From positions 1,224,667 to 1,288,666 of the forward strand of contig CAWCCZ010000003.1 of the NCBI GenBank assembly GCA_963794275.1: 64,000 nucleotides of DNA, given 5' to 3'. The position numbers and the translations under genes are program-made. Under the pieces are notes generated by a model. The model did no database searches. It saw only the letters and a list, made by a program, of their open reading frames with translations, and was not told the origin of the DNA. This document shows, one piece after another, positions 1-8,702 of this stretch. The stretch is from an uncultured Solirubrobacteraceae bacterium. GTDB lineage: Bacteria; Actinomycetota; Thermoleophilia; Solirubrobacterales; Solirubrobacteraceae. Each line of letters starts with the position of its first letter. Position 1 is the first letter of the stretch.

Positions 1-232
1 CCCACCCCAGAGGACCGTCCGCTGGTCGCGTGAGGTCACAGAAACATCGAACGAGGGCGGTCTTGCCGATTCCGGCCTCGCCGCTCACGAGCACGAGCTT
101 GCCGTGGCCACTCCGCTGGACGGAGTCGAGCGAGGCCGCAAGCGCGCGGAGCTCCTCGTCCCGCTCGAGCAGCTCACCCGATCCCGCAGGCGGATTGCTA
201 CCCGGCTGTTCCGCTGCGGTCACCTGCTCCAT
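1..232 (-). CDS. AAA-ATPase/LuxR-type (LAL-like) regulator, N-terminal part, runs off the left edge; absent from the ORF track
   Basis: Manual translation from the ATG at 232 gives MEQVTAAEQPGSNPPAGSGELLERDEELRALAASLDSVQRSGHGKLVLVSGEAGIGKTALVRCFCD, with Walker A GEAGIGKT. An AAGGA SD-like sequence lies upstream. Paralogous to the N-terminus of 2786-5437. Confidence 0.8.
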   Translation of the reverse strand, partial: MEQVTAAEQPGSNPPAGSGELLERDEELRALAASLDSVQRSGHGKLVLVSGEAGIGKTALVRCFCDLTRPADGPLGW

Positions 233-324
233 ATCCTTCGCAAAGCAGTCAATGGGTGGACCTACCCCCGCCGACTCGAGTGCCGGCATCGGAGCATCTC
301 GCGCCACTCCACTGGGCATGCTAG

Positions 325-366
325 TGCCCCCGTCAGGAGTCGACCTGAATCTACCGCTTAGCAGGC
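325..366 (-). repeat. tRNA-Arg(CCT) 3'-half copy (att-like repeat 1, most diverged)
   Basis: tgcccccgtcaggagtcga-cctgaatctaccgcttagcaggc aligns to 10218-10260 with 4 substitutions and 1 deletion, in the same orientation. Confidence 0.9.
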
Positions 367-509
367 CGGGTGCGGGGGTGCGGGGGTCTCAGGCATAGGC
401 CCGCGGCCGTCGCGGCCTCTAGGTACGCGGCCACGATGCCCGGCGCCTCGTATATGCCGCACACGCGTGGGCCGCTGCGTGGGAGCGTTACCCGAGCAGT
501 CCTCTGAGG

Positions 510-1611
510 TCAGCCGGGTCGCGCCCGCTGCGCTGCGGCTGGTTCGCGCTCCCGCTCGGTCTCGCGCTCCGGGCGGTATCCGTAGGCGGCTTCTCGCACG
601 GCGGCGTCGCTCTCGAGGCCGGCCCCGAGGGCTCCCGCGACGGTGGCGAGCGAGCTCGTCATCCAGGCGATCTTCAGGTAGGTGGCGAAGCTCACATGGT
701 GCCCCGATCGACCTCGACACGACGCGATGGTCGAGCATCAGCTCTCCGGCCCCCAGGGCGATGACGAACAGCGCGCAGCACAGCGACGCGACACCGATGA
801 TCAGCGTCAGGGTGGTGGCGACGTTGAAGAGGATCGCCTGCTCACGGACGCCGCCCGCCGGCCGGCGCTTCCACAGACCGTGGACGAGGATTAGGAAGAC
901 GACGACGGCCGCCATCGAGATGACGCTCAGCGCGCCCAGCCTCCACGGGCTGAGCGCCGCGGCCAGGTCCCACACTTCGGCCGTCACGAGCGCGAAGACG
1001 AGCGCGGCTCCCGCCGCGGCAAGCGCGCGGGAGAGTCTTGCGATCAGCCGCCATGGCCGGTTGGCGCGGAGCATCCCGGCAAGCAGCCGGGCGTTGCCGC
1101 GCACGACGGCGGCGACGAGCCGAACGTCGACGTCGTCGTCATCATCGGGCGCAGGGTCCGCTCCGCTCGTGCGATCTCGTGCAGGCGTCGACGGACGCGC
1201 CGGCGCCGATCCCCGCCTTCGCGTCCGCCGAGCTCGAGGCTCTCTCCGACCAGCCCGTCGACCAGCCGCACCACCGCATCGCGTGCGCGCCTTCGCATCT
1301 GCACTGCTCCGAGCGCCGGGAGCGAGACGACGGCGACTCCGTGAGTGGCGCTGGCGTCGGCCACGACCGGCCGGCGCCCCATGCGCAGGGGCAGATCCGT
1401 CAACACGACCCCCAGGTGCCAGTTCTCGCCCAGCATTCGCTCGTGCGCGGCGTCGATGACCTCCGTGCCGGCACCACCGCGGGCGGCCAACTCGTCGGTC
1501 ACAACCGGGGTCTCCCACCGCACCTCGGAGGAAACCCGGGCTGCGAGGCTCGGCCGGGAGTTCCTCGGCGAGTTCCCTGCCGAGTTCCTCGGCGACCCCC
1601 GTCGCGGTCAT
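510..1611 (-). CDS. Hypothetical membrane protein, frameshifted (module D cargo)
   Basis: ORF pieces 358-1611, 1044-1523 and 510-695 join into a soluble N-terminus plus several TM helices ([14 protein letters not shown]... [17 protein letters not shown]). Confidence 0.6.
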
Positions 1612-1798
1612 CAGGCCGAGCCTGATCGTCGGGTCGTCGCGAGGCGTCGAAGCGCGGTCGATAAGCGTCTTTCCGATCGTGGCACCGTGTCTTGTGCCGG
1701 ACTCTCTATCCAGCAGGTCAGGCTACCCCACGAGCCGACGATCTGGACCTGCTCCGCGCCGGCGTGGGTGTACCGCCGTCCCACGCGCTCTATTCGAG

Positions 1799-1827
1799 TG
1801 CCCCGCCAGGAGTCGAACCTGGATCTA
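1799..1827 (-). repeat. tRNA-Arg(CCT) 3'-end copy (att-like repeat 2, truncated)
   Basis: tgccccgccaggagtcgaacctggatcta has one C missing and one T>C versus the tRNA, and stops before the anticodon arm. Confidence 0.85.
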
Positions 1828-2047
1828 AGCTCCCCAAACGATATGACGAAGTGCAGGTTCAGATCCGCCGGCCGCGGTGAGCGATCGCGGAGCAGCCAGG
1901 CGGTCGACGACAAGCGCTGCGCTTCGATCGCCCTCGAACTTAGGTACCCGCCGCACGCAACATAGGCGGTGCTCCCGATGTGCCCGCTCAATCCTGCGCG
2001 TAGGTTCGCAACACTGCAACCCAGCTGCCGAACCGATGGAGGCAAAC

Positions 2048-2338
2048 ATGTCGAACACGATCACAAATATCAAGCGCGCAGCCCTTTCAATCGCGATCGC
2101 CGCGGCCCTCTGCGTTCCGGCGAGCGCAAGTGCGCACATCCTTCCGAACGGAGCCTACGTGCACGCTCCCCACGCCGAAAGCCCATCGACCACTGTCCTG
2201 CCCACGTACTCGGGCCCGTCGTCGGGGTTCCAGTGGGACGACGCCGCGATCGGCGCCGCAGGCATGCTCGGCCTGCTCGGGCTCGCGGGCGTGAGCTCGC
2301 AGCAGCTGCGCCGTCGCCGCCACGCGGTCACGAGCTGA
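2048..2338 (+). CDS. Small secreted/membrane-anchored protein (module C cargo)
   Basis: GGAGG SD at 2038-2042; signal peptide (KRAALSIAIAAALCVPASASA); C-terminal GFQWDDAAIG motif followed by a TM segment and an RRRRH tail. Confidence 0.65.
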   Translation: MSNTITNIKRAALSIAIAAALCVPASASAHILPNGAYVHAPHAESPSTTVLPTYSGPSSGFQWDDAAIGAAGMLGLLGLAGVSSQQLRRRRHAVTS

Positions 2339-2517
2339 CGCGGCGTACCGGAAGGCGTAACACGTCCGGTGCGGCCGCCAGGCGGCGCGGCGGGTCAGGT
2401 GAGCAACCGTGGCCGCTCCCTTGTGGAGCGGCCACGGTACTAGGTACCCACGAGAGAGCTCGATGAGCCGCGTCGCTTTGTCGCGACACAGCAAGGCGAT
2501 ACGAGGAGGACTTCAAC

Positions 2518-2778
2518 ATGCCGCGATACATGGTTCAGCGCACGTTCCTGGAGGGCCTTGAGATCGACGTCACAAACGCCCGCGCGGAGCTGCGCCGCGG
2601 TGTCATTGGCGCCAATGCCGAATGGGGCGTGACGTGGGTGCATTTCTACGTGAGTGAGGATCACAAGCACAGCTTCTGCGGCTATGACGCGCCGACGCCA
2701 GCGTGCCCAGACGTGCGCCGAGTCGAGTCGAGACCGCACGAACGGGGCGCTTGCGGCGCCGATCACCGTGCAGGATGA
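2518..2778 (+). CDS. DUF4242/SCO4226-like small protein; C-terminus probably frameshifted
   Basis: MPRYMVQRTF...GVTWVHFYVSEDHKHSFCGYDAP matches the family pattern as I recall it; GAGGAGGA SD. Confidence 0.7.
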   Translation: MPRYMVQRTFLEGLEIDVTNARAELRRGVIGANAEWGVTWVHFYVSEDHKHSFCGYDAPTPACPDVRRVESRPHERGACGADHRAG

Positions 2779-2785
2779 TCTTGAC

Positions 2786-5437
2786 ATGTCACGCGCCGAG
2801 CGCGAGCAGTCGAGGGCTGAGGTGGAGCTGGTCGAACGCGCAGAGGAGCTGTCGGTCCTCGCCGACTGCCTCGCGGATGTCAAAGAGCACTCGCGCGGGC
2901 GGTTGGTGCTCGTGCGCGGCGAAGCGGGCGTCGGCAAGACCGCTCTGTTTGAACGGTTCTGCGATGCGTGCCCGACGAGTGTGCGAATCCTTTCAGCAGG
3001 GTGTGACGCCCTGTTTACGCCGCGTCCGCTTGGACCGCTGCTCGATGTCGCAAGAACGATTGGCGGAGAGTTTGAGGAGATGGTCGAGGGCGCAGCTGCG
3101 CCGCACGACGTCGCCGGAGCGCTGCTCGAGGAGCTGCAATCCTGCGCACCTTCTGTCCTGGTTCTCGAGGACCTGCACTGGGCGGACGAAGCGACGCTCG
3201 ATGTCGTGAGGTTGATGAGCCGGCGCTCGGAGACGGCGCCCGCGCTTGTGCTCGCGAGCTACCGCAACGAAGCACTCGAGAGGTCGTACCTGCTGCGACT
3301 CGTGCTCGGCGAGATCCCTGCCCGCGGGTCGGTCCTGCGCCTGTCGCTCGATTGCCTGTCGCGCGACGCCGTGCGCGAGCTCGCGAACTCGGCCGGTGTC
3401 GACGGCGATGAGCTCTACGAGATGACGGGCGGCAACCCCTTCTACGTCACCGAGGCGCTGGCGGCTCGCAGCGAGCGTGTTCCGGCGACCGTGCGCGACG
3501 CGGTGCACGCGAGGGCCGCACGACTCTCGGCTCCCGCACGAGCACTGTTGGACGCGGTCGCGATCGCGCCGCAGCGGACTGAGCTGTGGCTCCTCGACGC
3601 TCTCGCTGATACCCCGCAGGACGCGCTCACGGAGTGCGTCGGCTCGGGCATGCTGGTGACCGACACCGCCGGCGTGGCGTTCCGGCATGAGCTCGCGCGA
3701 CTGGCGATCGAGGACTCGCTGGGATCGCCCAGAGATTGGACCTCCACGGCCGCGCGCTCGCCGCGCTCGCGGAACCACCCGCGGGTGAGCCCGACCTCGC
3801 CCGGCTTTCCCACCACGCCGAGGCGGCGGCCGACGCGGCGGCGGTTCTGCGCTTTGCGCCGGCTGCGGCGGCGCGAGCGAGCGCAGTCGGCGCACACCGC
3901 GAGAGCGCGGCGCAATATGCGCGGGCCCTCCAATTCGCCGACGCGATTGCCCCCGCCGAGCGCGCAGCGCTGCTCGCCCACTATGGACGCGAGTGCATGC
4001 TCACCGATCAGACCGACGAGGCACTCAGAGCTGTGCACGAGGCAATCGCGATTCACCGCCAGCTTCGCGATGTCGCTTCCGAGGCCGAAGACCAGCGACT
4101 GCTCGCGGGGACACTCTGGTGCCCCGGTCACACCGCCGAGTCGCGCGAGGCGGCGAGCGAGGCCGTGAGGTTGCTCGAGGTGCGCGCCCCCCGGCCGGGA
4201 GCTCACGCGCGCCGTCGTGACGCTCGCGTCTCTTTTCGCCGACGGCGAGGACTACGAGGAAGCCGTCAGATGGGGATCGCGCGGAGTCGATCTCGCGAGG
4301 GAGTTCGGGCAGGTGGCGACGGCGGTCGACGCTCTCGCGGCGCTTGGCACTGTGAAGTTCCTGCGCGGCGAGCGCGACGGGCGCGAGCAGCTCGAACGTG
4401 CGGTCGCACTCGCACGGGACGGCGGGCAGGTCTACGAGGCGGTCGCGGCATCCACAGATCTCGTAAGGGTGGCGGTTCGCCAGCGCCTCTACGCGCTCGC
4501 GCGCGCATACCTCGACCCGGCGCTCGCCCTAGCCGAGGAGCACGGAGTCGACCTGCTCGCGCGGTACCTCCTCGCGTATCGCGCCGAGATCGAGCTGGAC
4601 ATGGGGGACTGGGAGACCGCGGTCGACAGCGCAGAGACGGTCCTGCGCGAGCCGCGGCGCTCGATCATCCCGCGCATCATTGCGAACACGGTCAAGGGTC
4701 GCGTGCGCGCCCGGCGCGGGGACCCGGGAGTGTGGTCGTCGCTGGACCAGGCCCTCGAGCTCGCAAACCCCAGCGACGAGCTGCAAGCAATCGCGCCCGT
4801 TGCGATCGCGCGTGCAGAGGCCGCTTGGCTCGAGGCTCAGCCTGCGATCGCCGAGGAGATCACGACGCCGACGCTCGCGCTTGCGATCCGAACGGGTGCC
4901 ACGTGGGTCATCGCTGAGCTTGCGTACTGGCGCCGCGTGTCAGGTCTATTCGACGAGGAGCTTCCTGCGGAGGTCGCAACAACGCCTTTTGGCCTCTCGA
5001 TCGCCGGCGCCTGGGAGACCGCGGCACACGCCTGGCGCGAGATCGGCTCACCTTACGAGGCGGCGCTGGCGCTCGCGGGCGCGGACGACGAGGTGCGCCT
5101 GCGCGAGGCGCATGCGCAGCTGCAGGCACTTGGCGCCGCACCGGCCGCCGCGATGGTGGCGAGGCGTCTCCGCGAGATGGGTGCGCGCGGAGTCCCACGC
5201 GGCCCGCGGCCGGCGACACGGGGGAACGCGGGAGGCCTGACCGCACGCGAGCTCGATGTTCTCTCGCTGCTCGCCGAGGGTCTCCGCAACGCCGACATCG
5301 CGGAGCGCCTGGTCGTCTCGAAGAAGACCGTTGATCATCACGTCTCGGCGATCCTTCGCAAGCTCGATGTAGGGACACGCGGCGAGGCAGCTGCAGCAGC
5401 ACGACGGCTCGCGCTGCTCCCGCGGGGGGCGGAATAG
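2786..5437 (+). CDS. AAA-ATPase + TPR-like + LuxR HTH transcriptional regulator, two frameshifts (~3725, ~4190)
   Basis: Walker A GEAGVGKT, Walker B VLVLEDLHWAD, GGNPFY, FRHELAR, and C-terminal LTARELDVLSLLAEGLRNADIAERLVVSKKTVDHHVSAILRKL, spread over three frames. Confidence 0.85.
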
Positions 5438-5455
5438 CAGGCCCCCCTCACAGCA

Positions 5456-5500
5456 TGCCCCCGCCAGGAGTCGAACCTGGATTTACCGCTTAGGAGGCGG
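5456..5500 (-). repeat. tRNA-Arg(CCT) 3'-half copy (att-like repeat 3)
   Basis: 45/45 identical to 10218-10262. Confidence 0.97.
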
Positions 5501-5648
5501 CTCTGGCGCGTTTCTAGGATGTCGCTTCAGCTCGCGCCTTTTGGCCGATTTAGAGCGCTTTTCGGACCCGCGCGCCTCGCCGCGATAAGGCCCGATATGG
5601 CGGGATTAGTCTGGGTTTGGGCAGCAAATGAGGCTTGCTGCCAATGGA
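5501..5648. repeat. Conserved module-end arm with 13-7-13 type inverted repeat (5615-5646)
   Basis: Aligns with 8132-8282 and 8518-8636; contains GTTTGGGCAGCAA-ATGAGGC-TTGCTGCC-AATG. Confidence 0.85.
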
Positions 5649-5774
5649 TCCTTGTCGAGGAGTGCGCTAGAACCGCCGCGCCGCTCGCGCGCCGATGGGA
5701 GAGCGCCATGGGCTGCCATAATCTCCCTGGGAGGGGTCTGCGTCGTAGAACCAGATTCGGGAGCCAAGGATGGT

Positions 5775-7052
5775 GTGAGAGTCCCTGATCACGGGAGGAC
5801 GCGACTTCGTGCGCCTTCGGCCGAGCTGTGGCGGAGTCCGCTCCGCGGGCCGTGGCTGACCTCCTTCCTCGGCACGCTGCTCGTCCCCACCGTCATCGTC
5901 ATGGCGTTGACGGGCTTCATCTCGCACTGGGCCTACCACCCCGAGCTGCTCGGCAACGCGACGATCAACCCCGCCGAGGACATCCCGGTGTTCCTGCAGT
6001 TCCCGGCGTCCTGGCCGTCGTGGGACTTCGCCGTCAATCAGGGCATCCACGTGACGCTCGGCTTCATGATGGTGCCGATCGTTCTGGCGAAGCTCTGGTC
6101 GGTGATCCCGAAGCTCTTTCAGCGGCCGATCGCCCGCAGCGCTGCCGCCGCTCTGGAGCGCGTCACGCTGGTGCTGCTCGTCACCAGCGTGCTGGTCGAG
6201 ATGGCCAGCGGCATCCTGGCGGTCGACTATGACGGCCCACCCTTCAACCTCTTCCTGGTTCACTACTACGGCGCGTGGATCTTCGGGACGGTCTTCGTAC
6301 TCCACGCGTGTGTGAAGCTTCCGACGGTTCGCAAGTCGTACCGGACCCGCGGAGCTCTGAAGCCCCTACGCGACGGGCTCGCCGACACGAGGCCCGAGCC
6401 GCCGGATGCATCGGGGCTCGTTGCCCTCCATCCGGCCGCGCCGACAGTCAGCCGGCGCGGCCTGCTGGCGATGATCGGCGGTGCATCCGCGGCGATCCTC
6501 GCCCTGCAGATCGGCGACTCGGTGGGCGGGCCATTGCGCCGCTTCGCGCTGTTTGCCGCCGGCGGTCGCGTCTTCGGGACCGGGCCGAACGACTTCAGCG
6601 TCACCACCACCGCTGCGACGGCTGGGGTCACCCGTTCGGTCACAGGCGCCGCGTGGCGCCTCACGGTCGCCGGAGAGCGGACGGTATCGCTCAGCCGCGA
6701 CCAGCTGCTGGCGATGGCGCAGTCGACGCACGTGATCACACTCACGTGCACCGAGGGATGGTCCACCACGCAGCGGTGGACCGGAGTGCCGCTGGCGGAC
6801 CTGGCCTCACTGGCACACGCACCACCCGGCGCGATCCTCACCGCGGAATCGCTCCAGGAGGAAGCCGGATCGCTCCACAAGGCGAGCTTCACCGACGCGC
6901 AGTTCCGGGACCGCCGCTCGCTCCTCGCCTTGAAGGTCAACGGCGTCGACATCTCCCTGGATCACGGCTATCCGGCGCGCGTGATACTGCCGGGCGTTCC
7001 GGGCAAGCACAACACCAAGTGGGTGCACGAGCTGAGGTTCGAAAGCGCATGA
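5775..7052 (+). CDS. Molybdopterin-dependent oxidoreductase (sulfite oxidase/MsrP-like) with N-terminal membrane domain (module B cargo)
   Basis: Motifs LTCTEGWS, WTGVPL, LDHGYPARV and TKWV; N-terminal TM helices contain His; GTG at 5775 follows AAGGA. Confidence 0.85.
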   Translation: MRVPDHGRTRLRAPSAELWRSPLRGPWLTSFLGTLLVPTVIVMALTGFISHWAYHPELLGNATINPAEDIPVFLQFPASWPSWDFAVNQGIHVTLGFMMVPIVLAKLWSVIPKLFQRPIARSAAAALERVTLVLLVTSVLVEMASGILAVDYDGPPFNLFLVHYYGAWIFGTVFVLHACVKLPTVRKSYRTRGALKPLRDGLADTRPEPPDASGLVALHPAAPTVSRRGLLAMIGGASAAILALQIGDSVGGPLRRFALFAAGGRVFGTGPNDFSVTTTAATAGVTRSVTGAAWRLTVAGERTVSLSRDQLLAMAQSTHVITLTCTEGWSTTQRWTGVPLADLASLAHAPPGAILTAESLQEEAGSLHKASFTDAQFRDRRSLLALKVNGVDISLDHGYPARVILPGVPGKHNTKWVHELRFESA

Positions 7053-7546
7053 GACGCACGCGCGCGTTCGCCCGCTGGCGCCGGCGCTACGGCGCAGATC
7101 CCGTGCATCTTCTCGGGCATCTGGCCGTGCTCGCGCTCGCTGCGTTCGCGCTCGACCAGATCTTCAGCGGAGGCGATGTGAAGCAGCTGCTCGTGTGGTA
7201 CGCGGGCTTGGCAATCGCACACGACCTCGTGTTCGTGCCGATGTACACCGAGCTCGACCGGCTCGGCCGCAGATTGCTGGAGCGGCTGCCGAGCCACACA
7301 TTCGGCGATGTCCGGCCAATCAACCATCTCCGGGCGCCGGCCCTTATCTCCGGCGTGCTGCTGCTCGTCTACGCGCCCCTCATAACGGGCCGCTCGGATA
7401 CGGAGCTGATCGAAGTCACCGGACACGCGTTTCACGGCTACCTCCTGAACTGGCTGCTCGTCACCGCGGCGCTCTTCGCCGGCTCGGGGTTCATCTACGC
7501 GGCACGCGTCGCACGCGCGAGAGCGAGCCGGCGGCGGGGACCGTAG
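7049..7546 (+). CDS. Membrane protein coupled to the oxidoreductase
   Basis: ATGA overlap; about 4 TM segments; motifs HDLVFVP, INHLRAP and YLLNWL. Confidence 0.75.
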   Translation: MRRTRAFARWRRRYGADPVHLLGHLAVLALAAFALDQIFSGGDVKQLLVWYAGLAIAHDLVFVPMYTELDRLGRRLLERLPSHTFGDVRPINHLRAPALISGVLLLVYAPLITGRSDTELIEVTGHAFHGYLLNWLLVTAALFAGSGFIYAARVARARASRRRGP

Positions 7547-7560
7547 CGCGAGCGAACCGC

Positions 7561-8042
7561 TCAGGCGTCGGGACCGAGGGGCTTGGCCATCTGGATCGAG
7601 GTGAGGTGAAAGCCGGCCCGCTCGTAGAGGCGGCGGGCGACATCGTTGCCGGCGAAGGCGTTCAACCCGATCGAGCTGCAGCCATGCTCATGCGCAGCTT
7701 GTTCCAAGCGGTTCAGCAGCGCCCGGCCGTAACCCTTGCCGCGCTGCTCCTCGTCGATCGAGATCTCATGATCCAGGCTCTGGCGACCTCCGGTCCGGCC
7801 AGTGCCAGCCACGCGTATCCAACCGGCCCGTCCTGTTCGGTCTCGCCCATCAGGAGCACATCCCGGGCGCGCGCGCCCTCGAGCAGCAACTCGTCGGTCT
7901 GCGCTTCGGCCAACTCCTCAGAACGCTCGGGAGGCCACTCGCCCGCCCTGACCTTGTCGGCGGCGTAGTCACGAACGGCATCGGCGCGGAAGAGGGCGAA
8001 CTCGGCATCGGTCATCGGGCGCAGGCGCACGGTTTCAGCCAT
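7561..8042 (-). CDS. GNAT acetyltransferase, frameshifted at ~7770
   Basis: VRLRPMTDAEF N-terminus is in one frame; QRGKGYG and NDVARRLYERAGF are in another. Confidence 0.8.
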
Positions 8043-8088
8043 GTCGTGACTCAATCCGCCCGGCTGTTTCGCAGGCCGTTCCTTCCCA

Positions 8089-8131
8089 TGCCCCCGCCAG
8101 GAGTCGAACCTGGATTTACCGCTTAGGAGGC
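8089..8131 (-). repeat. tRNA-Arg(CCT) 3'-half copy (att-like repeat 4)
   Basis: 43/43 identical to 10218-10260. Confidence 0.97.
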
Positions 8132-8282
8132 CGGTCTGGTGGAATCCGCGGATTCGGCTTTAGCTCGCGGTTTTCGCCGGATTTGCAGCGCTTTTCAAAC
8201 GCGCGCTGCACGTCGAGATTAGGCGCGATTCGGCGGAATGCGGCGGGGTTTGGGCAGCAAATCGGGCTTGCTGCCCAAACGG
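8132..8282. repeat. Conserved module-end arm with perfect 13-7-13 inverted repeat (8248-8280)
   Basis: GTTTGGGCAGCAA-ATCGGGC-TTGCTGCCCAAAC; the arm aligns to 5501-5648. Confidence 0.9.
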
Positions 8283-8517
8283 CGGAACCCGAAACGCGTG
8301 CGGCGTCCGTGCGTCGTGACCGCACACAGCGCGCACCGATGCATCCGCTCCTCGTCCAATCCCAGGGCCGGGGCGACGTCCGTCAGAACGCTCGCATCCG
8401 TGCGGAAGCGCCCGTGTCGGACACTCGCCGACCTCGGCCGGACACGGGACACCGGCACCCAACCTCTACTCGGTGAGAGCCTACGCCAGCGTCTCGCGAG
8501 CGTCGCACCGCGCGGAA

Positions 8518-8636
8518 AGCCGCAGTTTCCGCCGCTTGCGGCGCTTTTCGCGCACGGCGGGTATCCCGAGATGAGGCCCGATATGGCTGGATCAGGCCGG
8601 GTCAGGGCAGCAAATGGTGGTTGCTGCACAAATGGA
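8518..8636. repeat. Third, degenerate copy of the arm and palindrome (8601-8633)
   Basis: gcgcttttc...gatgaggcccgatatgg...GTCAGGGCAGCAA-ATGGTGG-TTGCTGCACAAAT-gga. Confidence 0.8.
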
Positions 8637-8702
8637 TTCGAGGGAAGGCTCAAATTGGCGTGCCTCCTTGCACCTGCGCAACGTGCCGATGCCGCGATGT
8701 CG

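Noticed and set aside
465-497. Possible very degenerate 13-7-13 site in module D (gcgtgggccgctg-N7-gcgttacccgagc)
   Set aside because: Only about half the positions match in GC-rich DNA, and the spacing from the att differs. It cannot be supported without a profile search.
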